Assembly: GCA_963663385.2 (NCBI GenBank)
Contig: CAXXXD010000003.1
Coordinates: 1,536,001 to 1,600,000, forward strand
From: Oceanispirochaeta sp.
GTDB taxonomy: Bacteria; Spirochaetota; Spirochaetia; DSM-2461
DNA: 64,000 nt
Reading direction: 5' to 3'
Shown here: piece after piece, positions 1 through 8,888 of the stretch
Numbering within the stretch: position 1 is the first letter of the stretch
Layout of the letters: each line of letters opens with the position of its first letter
Notes under the pieces: model-generated
The model's database searches: none
What the model saw: the letters and a program-made list of their open reading frames with translations, nothing else
Told to the model about the DNA's origin: nothing
Made by a program: the position numbers and the translations under genes

Positions 1-2468
1 AAAACCTCGGGAACCAGTTCCTGCAGAAATATCTGTATGCTTTCCAGAGACTCCACCCTGTTGTGAAGAAAGAACACCTGCCCGCCCCGCTCCATTTCCC
101 GCCGGATGGCACGGGCTACCGTATCCGGATCGAATTCCTGAATAAATGTTTCGATGGGCTGCCTGTTTTTCGGCGGGGTTTTCAGAACCGACATATCCCT
201 TATTTTTACAAGTGACATATGCAGGGTACGCGGGATAGGCGTAGCCGACAGGGTCAGACAGTCTATATTATTTTTAATTTCCTTTAAGCGTTCCTTGTCT
301 TTAACGCCGAAACGCTGTTCCTCATCGATAATCATCAGACCAAGGTTCTTGAATTTAATATCCTTTGACAGGATACGGTGGGTTCCTATCAGGAGGTCGA
401 TCTCCCCTTCGGTCAGACGTTTCAGGGTCTCCTTCTGTTCCGCTTTGGATACGAAACGGGACAGCATCGCTATTCGTACAGGAAACCTTTTAAACCGTTC
501 CAGAAAATTCTCGTAGTGCTGTTCCGCCAGAATCGTCGTGGGACAGAGAAAAGCGACCTGCCGCCCTCCCATAACCCCCTTAAAGGCGGCCCGCATGGCA
601 ATCTCTGTTTTACCGTATCCCACATCGCCGCACACAAGACGGTCCATGGGCCGGGGAGATTCCAGGTCCTGTTTTATATCGGCAATGGCATTGAGCTGAT
701 CCCGGGTTTCCTGGTAGGGAAAGGACGCTTCAAATTCAATCTGAAAATCGTCATCCTTCGGGAAAGCGTATCCCCTGGCCGTCTGCCTGCCCGCATACAG
801 CTTGACAAGACGGTCTGCCAAATCTTCAACAGACTTGCGGACCTTCTTCTTTTTGTTATCCCAGCTCTTTCCTCCGATTTTATCCAGCCGGGGGCGGCGG
901 CTTTCCTGTCCGATATAGCGCTGGACCAGGTTCACCTGTTCTATGGGGATGAAGACAGTTTCTTCGCCGGCATATTCCAGTGAGATATAGTCTCTCTCAT
1001 TGCCGGCGGCCCTGATCCGTTCGATCCCCTTGAACAACCCGATTCCGTAGTTTACATGAACCACATAATCACCGGGATTCAGCTCGACAAAGGAGTCGAT
1101 GACTTCGCTTTTAGCCTTGCTGACAGAACTGGGAACCTTCTTCTTGCGGCCGAAAATTTCATTTTCCTGAATAACGAGGATCTTGTCCGCAGTAAGGCAG
1201 AACCCGCCCGAAATGCTTTCCGGAATCACCACAGGTTCAAATTCTTTCAGCATGAAACCGATCCGGTCCGACTGGGATTCCGATTCGGCAAAGATAAAAA
1301 TCTGGTAGTTCTGGTTCCGGAATCCGGCCATTTCCTCTTTGAGATAGTTTATGTTCCCGAAGAAGGAACGTCCCGGATCGCATTCAAAATGGAGGGCGTC
1401 CGGGCTGTCCTCCTGTTTAAGGTTGTGAATAAGGAGGGTTTTACGGTGAAGCCTTATCCTCTCGTCCAGAGGCGAGATGAATCTTTCGGGATGGGGAACA
1501 ATCATCCCCTGTTCCCTGGCCTTCAGGTAGAGTTCGTCATACTCCTTGAGAAGGACCGCTTCTCCGGATTTGAACCCTTCCATGTCTATAAGGTAAAGGA
1601 AATCCTCCACTCCGATAAAATCCGTCAGGGCTGCGGGTTTTTTAAAAGCCAGGGGGTAGTATAGTTCTTCCCCTCTGAATTCCCCGCTGACCGAAAGCAT
1701 ATCCAGAATCTTTTCAAAAGCGGCGCTCTCCAGGTTGGTTTCCAGTTGTCCTATTCTCTCGTCATCCCACACGACTTCCTTTGAAGGATAGATATGGATC
1801 CGGGGAATTTTCTCCTGCGAAGCCTGTGTGACCGGATTAAAGAACTTGATCTCCTCTACTTCATCAAATTCAAATACGATACGGACAGCCTCTTCATAAC
1901 CGGGTAGAAAGATATCCAGAACTTCCCCTCTCAGGGCGAATTCTCCGGGAACACTGACCCTGGGAACCCTCAGGTATCCATACTCCTGCAGCCTCTTTTC
2001 CAGGAAAATCGGATCAATTTCCGACCCGATATGAATATCCAGCAGAAGGGATTTCATATAGTCCGCCGGAGGAAGACTGGAGAGGTAGGTCCGCAGGGAG
2101 GCGACAAATACGGCGCCTTCGGCATTCATCATTTCATAGAGGGTTTTAACCCTTCTGCCGAAGACCGAGGCCTGGGGAGAGACTCCTTTATACAGCATGG
2201 TTCCCCACCAGGGCATATGGCTGACCTTCGGATGAAACAGGGACAAGTCACGAACCAGTTCTTCCGCTTCCTTTTCGCCGGAAACAATCAACAGGGCGTT
2301 TTTACGGGACAGGTTCTGAAGATGCCCGACCAGACCTGCCAGGTAGCTGCCTCTCAAACCGGTTAAATGCACGGGGAAATGACCGGAATTGACCTGGTCC
2401 AGAAGGGAATTGAAGATATCATTTTGCTTGAAGTGCTTTGTAATCGTATTTTGGTATAATGTTATCAT
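1..2468 (-). CDS. mfd: Transcription-repair coupling factor Mfd, partial (3' end runs off the window's left edge)
   Basis: Manual minus-strand translation (absent from the ORF track because it has no stop in the window): ATG at 2468; near the edge AIRREMERGGQVFFLHNRV; also DRLVCGDVGYGKTE, IIDEEQRFGV and LSATPIPRTL SF2 motifs and the UvrB-like PGEFALRGEVLDIF. Confidence 0.95.
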   Translation of the reverse strand, partial: MITLYQNTITKHFKQNDIFNSLLDQVNSGHFPVHLTGLRGSYLAGLVGHLQNLSRKNALLIVSGEKEAEELVRDLSLFHPKVSHMPWWGTMLYKGVSPQASVFGRRVKTLYEMMNAEGAVFVASLRTYLSSLPPADYMKSLLLDIHIGSEIDPIFLEKRLQEYGYLRVPRVSVPGEFALRGEVLDIFLPGYEEAVRIVFEFDEVEEIKFFNPVTQASQEKIPRIHIYPSKEVVWDDERIGQLETNLESAAFEKILDMLSVSGEFRGEELYYPLAFKKPAALTDFIGVEDFLYLIDMEGFKSGEAVLLKEYDELYLKAREQGMIVPHPERFISPLDERIRLHRKTLLIHNLKQEDSPDALHFECDPGRSFFGNINYLKEEMAGFRNQNYQIFIFAESESQSDRIGFMLKEFEPVVIPESISGGFCLTADKILVIQENEIFGRKKKVPSSVSKAKSEVIDSFVELNPGDYVVHVNYGIGLFKGIERIRAAGNERDYISLEYAGEETVFIPIEQVNLVQRYIGQESRRPRLDKIGGKSWDNKKKKVRKSVEDLADRLVKLYAGRQTARGYAFPKDDDFQIEFEASFPYQETRDQLNAIADIKQDLESPRPMDRLVCGDVGYGKTEIAMRAAFKGVMGGRQVAFLCPTTILAEQHYENFLERFKRFPVRIAMLSRFVSKAEQKETLKRLTEGEIDLLIGTHRILSKDIKFKNLGLMIIDEEQRFGVKDKERLKEIKNNIDCLTLSATPIPRTLHMSLVKIRDMSVLKTPPKNRQPIETFIQEFDPDTVARAIRREMERGGQVFFLHNRVESLESIQIFLQELVPEV

Positions 2469-2513
2469 TTAAAAAAACCGAAATTAATAAAAAGAATTTG
2501 TTTGGGAGTTCCC

Positions 2514-3458
2514 ATGACCAGAAAGCGAATAAGCTTAATATTCCTGTTGTTCCTGATCCCGGTCGTTGCCGCTGTCGCCGCAGAACCGGTATTCAGCATA
2601 AGATATTATAATAAGAAAATCTATTACCCCGAGAGTCCCATTCAGATAAAAGTGATTCTGTCGAACCCGGATTCCGCGCCGATTTCCTTCAAGATTGCGG
2701 AAAACAGAACATTCAATTTTCTCTTTACCCTGAAAACCCTTAAGAACGAGTCCCTGCCGCCCTCCCGGGAATATCTGATAAACTACAGCAGCAATGAGCC
2801 TGCCTACTACAGGATGGTAACCCTTGAACCGGGAGAGGAGTTTGGTTTTATACTGGACCTGGACTCTTTTGTAGATGTATCCGATCCCGGTGTCTACATA
2901 CTGGACGGCAGGTTTTTTTCCGACCTGAACAATAAGGCGGCTGATGGAATAGAATCCAATAAACTCTCCCTGACAATACGCCCCGGCATGTACGCTTCCG
3001 ATTATTCTGATAAAATTGATCTGGAAACCGGCGAGATCCTGAGGCAGGAAAGCCTGCCCCCCGATGAAATCGTGGAATATTTGCTTAAGGCCAGACAGAA
3101 AAACCAGTGGAACAAGTTCTTCCTCTATCTTGATTTAAAGGAAATCCTTCTTCAGAATGACAGGATTCGCCGCCAGTTTGAAAAGATGTCGGAGGAGGAG
3201 CAGCGCCTTTCCCTGGAAGAGTATAAAGAAGAGCTTAAAACGGGTCAGATGCCCGAGAACCAGAATATAGTGAATATCCCTCAGGATTTTGAAATTCTCC
3301 AAACCAGTTATAACAGCAACGAAGCAACGGTCATCGTCAAGGAAGTCTTCCGGAATATTGGATTCAATGAAATTAAAAGGTACACGTACTATCTGAATAA
3401 ATATGATAACGTATGGAAAATCCATCGCTATGAAGTTAAGAATGTCGGGACAGAATAA
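2514..3458 (+). CDS. Exported hypothetical protein with N-terminal signal peptide
   Basis: Long ORF; ATG 2514 after GGGAG; MTRKRISLIFLLFLIPVVAAVAA is a classic signal peptide; divergent from mfd. Confidence 0.8.
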   Translation: MTRKRISLIFLLFLIPVVAAVAAEPVFSIRYYNKKIYYPESPIQIKVILSNPDSAPISFKIAENRTFNFLFTLKTLKNESLPPSREYLINYSSNEPAYYRMVTLEPGEEFGFILDLDSFVDVSDPGVYILDGRFFSDLNNKAADGIESNKLSLTIRPGMYASDYSDKIDLETGEILRQESLPPDEIVEYLLKARQKNQWNKFFLYLDLKEILLQNDRIRRQFEKMSEEEQRLSLEEYKEELKTGQMPENQNIVNIPQDFEILQTSYNSNEATVIVKEVFRNIGFNEIKRYTYYLNKYDNVWKIHRYEVKNVGTE

Positions 3459-4163
3459 ATGAAACTACTTTTTGTGAATCAGGATGAAAAAACCACCGCC
3501 AGAGTATTCCGCTATTTTACCCCCCTGGGATACTCGGTCATCCAATACGACAACCCTCTTAAAGCCATGGATAATTTCAGGGAGATCCGGCCGGAGGCTG
3601 TTATTTTCAATGAAATGGATTATCCCCGCCACTGGAAGCTGGCGGTACAGTTTCTACGGCAGAATTTCTCGAAAGAAACCGCCCCCTTCCTCCTGGTGGT
3701 AAACAGGGACTTCCCGGAAACCGAACTGGACAAGGCCCATCTTCTGGGAGTTAACGGGATTCTGAAAGTAGAAGAGGAAGCGGATCTTTCCCTGAAAGAT
3801 CTTGAATCCCAGATTCTCCGCTACAAACCTTCGCCTGATGTAAGGAAAGAACGGCACCTTCTTCCTCTGGGGAGCCGGGTTATGGATATAATGTTTATGA
3901 ATCCGGAAAATCTGCAGCTCGTAACATCACGGGTTCTGGAGTTATCCGAGAATGGGGCTATTGTAAAACCGACGGAACGGATCAAGACGGAAGGGTTGAA
4001 AGAAGGAGTGGAGCTTAAGGGTTGTTCCCTTAAAACAGGCGAGTCCATTGTCAGCATGACTGTCCGGATTGTTAAAATCAACGGTATTTTCGAACTGGAA
4101 TTTCTGGAAGGCAAAGATGACTGGAAAGATCAGGTTTTAGCGGCAATCCAATCCTTTAACTGA
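3459..4163 (+). CDS. Receiver-like domain plus C-terminal PilZ-like domain protein (both degenerate)
   Basis: N-terminal MKLLFVNQD...PEAVIFNEMD receiver pattern; C-terminal VRKERH...LELSENGA resembles the PilZ RxxxR / (D/N)xSxxG motifs; abuts the previous stop codon. Confidence 0.65.
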   Translation: MKLLFVNQDEKTTARVFRYFTPLGYSVIQYDNPLKAMDNFREIRPEAVIFNEMDYPRHWKLAVQFLRQNFSKETAPFLLVVNRDFPETELDKAHLLGVNGILKVEEEADLSLKDLESQILRYKPSPDVRKERHLLPLGSRVMDIMFMNPENLQLVTSRVLELSENGAIVKPTERIKTEGLKEGVELKGCSLKTGESIVSMTVRIVKINGIFELEFLEGKDDWKDQVLAAIQSFN

Positions 4164-4171
4164 TTCCTGTC

Positions 4172-4200
4172 TTAACAATATTTCCAAATCACTGTATATT
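4172..4200 (+). promoter_or_regulatory. Putative sigma70-type promoter for metK
   Basis: TTAACA (4172-4177), 17 bp, TATATT (4195-4200); implies a leader of about 110 nt before metK. Confidence 0.45.
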
Positions 4201-4318
4201 AGGATCGGCTAAGGCATTAATTTATGATGAAGTTGGCCCCGGGCCGCTTTCTCATTTATAATAAAATTTGAATCCATGTAAAAAATGGGTCTTGTGAATA
4301 TCTTTAGGAGGATTTTTC

Positions 4319-5479
4319 ATGAATTTACGAAATACTTACCAGTTCACCTCTGAAAGCGTTGGAGAGGGACATCCGGATAAAGTCTGCGATATGATATCTG
4401 ATGCGGTTCTTGATACAGCACTGGCTCAGGACAGCGAATCCAGAGTAGCCTGTGAATGTTTTGCGTCTACAGGTATGGTTCTGGTCGGCGGAGAGATAAC
4501 GACCAACGGCTATATTGATATTATTCAGGTAGCCAGAGAAACTCTGAAAGAGATTGGTTACGATGACCACCGTTTCGGTATCGATTACCACTCATTTTCC
4601 GTGCTCTCTGCTATCAAGCCCCAGTCTGCGGATATCAGCATGGGGGTTACGGAAGGTCAGGGCCTTCACAAAGAGCAGGGTGCAGGAGACCAGGGTCTTA
4701 TGTTCGGTTACGCCTGCCGCGATACGGAAGAACTGATGCCCGCCCCTATTCAGTATTCCCATCAGATTATGAAACGGGCTTCGGTTGTCAGAAAAAACAA
4801 GGTGCTGGACTTTCTGGGTCCAGACGGAAAGTGTCAGGTGACAGTAGACTATGTGGGTGGAAAGCCCTCCCATATCTCAACAGTTGTCCTGTCCCACCAG
4901 CATGTTGAGGTTCCCTACGAAAGGATCCGGGAAGGCCTGATAGAAGAGGTTATCAAAAAAGCCCTTCCCATGGACATGATAAACGACAAGACCATTTTCC
5001 ATGTCAACCCAACGGGGAATTTTGTCATTGGCGGTCCCGAAGGAGATGCCGGCCTGACGGGCCGTAAGATTATTGTTGATACCTACGGCGGTGCTGCTGC
5101 TCACGGTGGCGGAGCGTTCTCCGGAAAAGACCCCTCCAAGGTGGACAGATCCGCTGCCTATATGGCCCGTTACGTAGCCAAAAACCTGGTAGCCGCCGGT
5201 GTGGCGGACAAGTGTCAGGTTCAGCTGGCCTATGCTATCGGTATTGCCGAACCTGTCTCCCTTTACATCGATACCTTCGGGACAGGCAAGGTGGATGAAT
5301 CGGAAATCGAAAAAGCTGTTAATTCTATTTTCAAACTGACTCCCTCGGGAATCATCAGCACCTTCGATCTGAAACGTCCCATCTACAAACAGACTGCGGC
5401 CTATGGTCATTTCGGCCGGAGCGAATTCCCCTGGGAATCTCTGGAAATGGTGGATTCTGTTAAAAAAGCCCTGCTGTAG
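4319..5479 (+). CDS. metK: S-adenosylmethionine synthetase
   Basis: [33 protein letters not shown] and [15 protein letters not shown] signatures; AGGAGG RBS. Confidence 0.98.
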   Translation: MNLRNTYQFTSESVGEGHPDKVCDMISDAVLDTALAQDSESRVACECFASTGMVLVGGEITTNGYIDIIQVARETLKEIGYDDHRFGIDYHSFSVLSAIKPQSADISMGVTEGQGLHKEQGAGDQGLMFGYACRDTEELMPAPIQYSHQIMKRASVVRKNKVLDFLGPDGKCQVTVDYVGGKPSHISTVVLSHQHVEVPYERIREGLIEEVIKKALPMDMINDKTIFHVNPTGNFVIGGPEGDAGLTGRKIIVDTYGGAAAHGGGAFSGKDPSKVDRSAAYMARYVAKNLVAAGVADKCQVQLAYAIGIAEPVSLYIDTFGTGKVDESEIEKAVNSIFKLTPSGIISTFDLKRPIYKQTAAYGHFGRSEFPWESLEMVDSVKKALL

Positions 5480-5517
5480 TTCAGCCGGTGTAGTATAATA
5501 CAGTTAAGGAGGGGCAG

Positions 5518-6504
5518 TTGGAAGTTTTTCCCCGTTTGTATGAAAGCACTTCCCGGGAAGGTGAATACAGATGTCTCCTCTGCCCTCATAACTGTCTTCT
5601 TAAAACGGAACAGCACGGCATCTGCCGTGTAAGAATATCAACCGATTCGGGTATAAAACCTGTCCATCCGGCTCCCGTTACCGCCCTGGCGGTGGATCCC
5701 ATAGAAAAAAAGCCCCTTTTTCACTTTCTCCCGGGGAGTTCCATCCTCTCCATCGGTTTTGACGGTTGCAACCTGCGCTGTCCCTTCTGCCAGAACTGGC
5801 GGATAGCCCAGAGTGTTTCCCACGAATATTACGATCTCCCGCCGGAGGAGCTGCCACCGCTGAGCCGGCTGAAGGAGAGCCCCGGAGTCGCCTTTACCTA
5901 CTCGGAGCCCCTGATCCATTACGAGTATCTGATTCAGGCCGCAGAGCTTCTTAAAAAGGAAAATTTAGTATCCATTCTGGTTTCGAACGGATACATAGAA
6001 AAAACACCCGGTAAGTACCTTGCCGACCGCCTGGATGCTGTTAAAGTGGACCTGAAGGGCTTTAGTGAGGAGTGGTATGCCGGAGAGCTGAAGGGGCACC
6101 TGAAGCCGGTACTGGACTTTATTACGATCTGCGCTGAGAGGACCCATCTGGAGGTGGTAACTCTGATTGTCCCGGGCAAGAACGACTCCACCGATGAGAT
6201 CAGGGAGAGTGCCAAATTCCTGGCTTCCCTGAGTCCTGAAATTCCCTTTCACCTGAGTGCTTATTATCCCCAGTACCACTACACTATCCCTCCCACGGAC
6301 AGGGAAACGGTCCTTAATCTGGCGGATACGGCCAGGGAGTACCTTAAGTATGTGTATACGGGGAATATCGGCGCTCCCAACCGGACACTCTGTTCCGGCT
6401 GCGGGGCTGTGTTGATTGATCGAAGCGATTATTCGGTTAATTCGGAGGGTTTGAAAAACGGCGAGTGCCGGGAGTGCGGGACTCCCCTTCCGGGACGTTT
6501 CTGA
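5518..6504 (+). CDS. amrS: AmmeMemoRadiSam-system radical SAM enzyme (PFL-activase-like)
   Basis: N-terminal CLLCPHNC...GICRVR, DPIEKKPLFHFLPG, CxxxCxxC (CNLRCPFC), FTYSEP, YTGNI, C-terminal CxxC pairs; TTG start after AGGAGG. Confidence 0.85.
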   Translation: MEVFPRLYESTSREGEYRCLLCPHNCLLKTEQHGICRVRISTDSGIKPVHPAPVTALAVDPIEKKPLFHFLPGSSILSIGFDGCNLRCPFCQNWRIAQSVSHEYYDLPPEELPPLSRLKESPGVAFTYSEPLIHYEYLIQAAELLKKENLVSILVSNGYIEKTPGKYLADRLDAVKVDLKGFSEEWYAGELKGHLKPVLDFITICAERTHLEVVTLIVPGKNDSTDEIRESAKFLASLSPEIPFHLSAYYPQYHYTIPPTDRETVLNLADTAREYLKYVYTGNIGAPNRTLCSGCGAVLIDRSDYSVNSEGLKNGECRECGTPLPGRF

Positions 6505-6521
6505 TTTTTTTACAATAATAG

Positions 6522-6550
6522 TTGACAGTTTTTCGCCTGTCTTGTATATT
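6522..6550 (+). promoter_or_regulatory. Sigma70-type promoter of tRNA-Asn
   Basis: TTGACA (6522-6527), 17 bp, TATATT (6545-6550), 18 bp upstream of the tRNA. Confidence 0.75.
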
Positions 6551-6568
6551 ACCTCTCGTTACTGATAT

Positions 6569-6641
6569 TCCCCTGTAGCTCAGTCGGTAGAGCGGGTGGC
6601 TGTTAACCACCATGTCAGCAGTTCGAGTCTGTTCGGGGGAG
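6569..6641 (+). tRNA. tRNA-Asn (GTT), CCA not encoded
   Basis: Cloverleaf: acceptor TCCCCTG/CGGGGGA, D arm GCTC-AGTCGGTA-GAGC, anticodon arm GGTGG-CTGTTAA-CCACC, T arm AGCAG-TTCGAGT-CTGTT, discriminator G. Confidence 0.97.
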
Positions 6642-6649
6642 CTTGAAAG

Positions 6650-6681
6650 ACTGTCTGGTTTTTCCGGACAGTTTTTTTTTT
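6650..6681 (+). terminator. Rho-independent terminator after tRNA-Asn
   Basis: ACTGTCTGG / CCGGACAGT stem followed by a long T run. Confidence 0.85.
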
Positions 6682-6871
6682 GCCCTTTTTGATTCACATT
6701 TGTATGAATCTCCCCTATTCCGATAAAACCTTCATTTGCCTGAAACTGTGAAATTCCATGCAATCCCATAGCGCGCTAGTTATATCGATGTCTATATAAC
6801 TTTCTCCTGGGAGGGCGATTACTGCGTCTCTATAAATTTCAAAATTCAATTAATATATAAAGGATAAATAT

Positions 6872-7219
6872 ATGCACGAAAAAAAACATTTCTCTTTCTA
6901 CTATTTGGTACATTCAATATATTTGCACAAGTTCCTTTCGAGGTTAATTATTCTGCTGGCCCATGATTATTGGGATGGGTTTCCAGTTAATGGATTAATA
7001 ATTTCTAATGGTTTTGTATCAAGAAGAAATTCAACATTATTCGAAAAAAATAATAGAGCTCATCAAATTCAAATATCTTCTGGTGATGGTAATTTTTCAT
7101 TTGTATATGAATTAGATGATATTTCAGATTTGCAAGTATTAAAACTTCCAGCTTATGCATCTGAAATAACAATAAAATCTGTATATCCAGTATTTAATCG
7201 GGTAGCCGGAGGCTTCTAA
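6872..7219 (+). pseudogene. Probable degenerate, AT-rich exported-protein gene (cassette-like remnant)
   Basis: 115-aa ORF. A signal-peptide-like segment (KKTFLFLLFGTFNIFAQ) lies in a different frame starting at an A8 run, and the last codons are read from a GC-rich hairpin of foreign origin. Confidence 0.4.
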
Positions 7220-7233
7220 CCTCCAGCTACCAC
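7197..7233 (-). mobile_element. Putative group IIC intron 3'-end (domain VI) remnant
   Basis: Minus strand reads GTGGTAGCTGGAGGTTAGAAGCCTCCGGCTACCCGAT: a hairpin ending in the typical class C terminus CTACCCGAT. No domain V or RT ORF is present. Confidence 0.55.
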
Positions 7234-7246
7234 TCCTCAATTTCTC

Positions 7247-8179
7247 TTAACATTCATATATGGCAGCTATATCATGTATCCTGCGCTTCATTTCCCTGCG
7301 GATAGGCAACGGCTCCAGACACTCGCATTTACCCCCGAAACCGAAAAGGATATTGTAGTAGTATTCGTTCTCTATAAAAGGAAAACTGACAATATAGTGC
7401 TCCTCACCATCTGGCGAAATGTGTTCATAAGTACAATAATCCAGAACCCTGTCCATGACGGATTTATGAATACGGATTTTTATTCTTGTCTGCAGAGTCT
7501 CCAGAATATCCGAAAAATCCAACTGTGGTTTCTGATAATCCCGCGGCGTAAAAACTTCCTCCTGCATTTGCAGGTTTGATATGCGGGACAGTTTAAATAA
7601 ACGAAAATCATTTCTTTTACGGCAATACCCTTGCCAGTACCAGTGACTGCTTTTTAATACAAGCTGATACGGCTCGGCTGTTCGTGCCGTTCTATTTCCG
7701 TAGCGGTCTGCATATTCAAACGAAAGCAGCCTGCTTTCCTGTAAAGCTGTTTTGATAGTTTCTAAATAGGATTGTATGTTCCTGTTGCCCATCCATGGAG
7801 TTAAATCGATATAGATTTGATTTGCTCTAAATTCAATGTCTTTGGCTCTGTCGACTGGGATAAAACTCTTTACTTTCGCAAGAGCGTTTATCAGCTCATC
7901 ACCCCGTATCATATTGGAAAGGCTGGAAAGCCCCATTAAGATAGCTGAAAGGTCGGCAGTCGAAAAAACCTTTTTATCCATCTTGTAGTTCTGCATGATT
8001 TCAAAACCGCCGCCCACTCCCGATGTTGAGTGAACAGGAATTCCAGCCATGTTGATTGAGTCTATATCGCGGTAGATTGTGCGGAGTGACACTTCAAACA
8101 TATCTGCCAACTCTTGTGCGCCTATACGCTTTTTATCAAGTAGTATCATGATAATGCTTACAAGCCTGTCAATTTTCAT
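7247..8179 (-). CDS. YafY-family HTH-WYL transcriptional regulator
   Basis: MKIDRLVSIIMILL...ELADMFEVSLRTIYRDI (HTH_11), GVGGGF, RTAEPYQL...WYWQGYC...FRLFKLSRI (WYL domain); ATG 8179 preferred over the track's TTG. Confidence 0.92.
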   Translation of the reverse strand: MKIDRLVSIIMILLDKKRIGAQELADMFEVSLRTIYRDIDSINMAGIPVHSTSGVGGGFEIMQNYKMDKKVFSTADLSAILMGLSSLSNMIRGDELINALAKVKSFIPVDRAKDIEFRANQIYIDLTPWMGNRNIQSYLETIKTALQESRLLSFEYADRYGNRTARTAEPYQLVLKSSHWYWQGYCRKRNDFRLFKLSRISNLQMQEEVFTPRDYQKPQLDFSDILETLQTRIKIRIHKSVMDRVLDYCTYEHISPDGEEHYIVSFPFIENEYYYNILFGFGGKCECLEPLPIRREMKRRIHDIAAIYEC

Positions 8180-8218
8180 CTGATAGCAGCCTGCCAATAT
8201 TTTTTATAGTTGTTATAG

Positions 8219-8244
8219 ATTGTTGCCATACTGATGTCAACAAT
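8219..8244. promoter_or_regulatory. Inverted repeat, probable operator of the WYL regulator
   Basis: ATTGTTGCCA-N6-TGTCAACAAT (one mismatch) in the divergent intergenic region. Confidence 0.6.
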
Positions 8245-8297
8245 TACCGGGTATATTAAAAGTAAATAAACCAATTTACCTGTCTGGAGGAGACACA

Positions 8298-8783
8298 ATG
8301 CAGAAAAAAGCTTTAGTCATAATCGATATTCAGAATGACATAACAAAGAATTACAAGGAGATTATAGGCAATATCAATAAAGCGATAGATTGGGCGGTCA
8401 ATAATGAAATTCATGTTATCTATATCAGACATGAAAATTTATCAGCCGGCACAAGGAATTTTAAATCCGACACATTTGGGGCTGAATTAGCTTCCGATAT
8501 GAAAATAGTATCCAAGAACGTTTTTACAAAATATAAAGGAAATGCCCTAAGCTGTGAAGAATTTACCGACTTTATCAGTCAAAATGAAATAGGAGATTTT
8601 TACATAGCAGGAGCAGATGCCGCTGTGTGTGTTAAATCAACCTGTTACAACATGCGTAAGGCAAATTATGGCGTCCATGTCCTGTCTGACTGCATTACCA
8701 GTTATGATAAAAGGAAAATTGAAGAAATGCTGCGTTATTATGAAAGTAAAGGCAGTAAAATTATCTGTCTGGATGATCTGTAA
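8298..8783 (+). CDS. Isochorismatase-family cysteine hydrolase
   Basis: ALVIIDIQND, conserved Lys (FTKYKG), AGADAAVCVKST catalytic Cys motif; GGAGG RBS. Confidence 0.9.
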   Translation: MQKKALVIIDIQNDITKNYKEIIGNINKAIDWAVNNEIHVIYIRHENLSAGTRNFKSDTFGAELASDMKIVSKNVFTKYKGNALSCEEFTDFISQNEIGDFYIAGADAAVCVKSTCYNMRKANYGVHVLSDCITSYDKRKIEEMLRYYESKGSKIICLDDL

Positions 8784-8796
8784 TTATTATATAAAT

Positions 8797-8888
8797 CGGG
8801 GAACTGGAGGCATCGGACTCCAGTCCCGGATGCATGGACGAGCAGCAAGCAAAGCGCGCGACCAGTCCCGGATGCATGGACTGATGCA
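8797..8888. repeat. GC-rich REP-like element with a 20-bp direct repeat
   Basis: CCAGTCCCGGATGCATGGAC at 8820-8839 and 8862-8881 (22-bp spacer), plus hairpin ACTGGAG-N8-CTCCAGT; embedded in AT-rich DNA. Confidence 0.7.

Noticed and set aside
154..2366. Plus-strand ORFs of 111-202 aa in the ORF track
   Set aside because: Antisense shadows of mfd, which the track omits because it runs off the window edge.
4201..4318. Canonical SAM-I (S-box) riboswitch upstream of metK
   Set aside because: Conserved ATC-x-AGAG, GCAACC and GTGC-x-AA elements and a terminator are not visible; kept only as a candidate novel leader.
8820..8881. Two 20-bp direct repeats as a mini CRISPR array (tempting given the Cas2-like gene)
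   Set aside because: Only two units, repeat and 22-bp spacer are too short, no leader, and ~27 kb from the Cas2-like gene.
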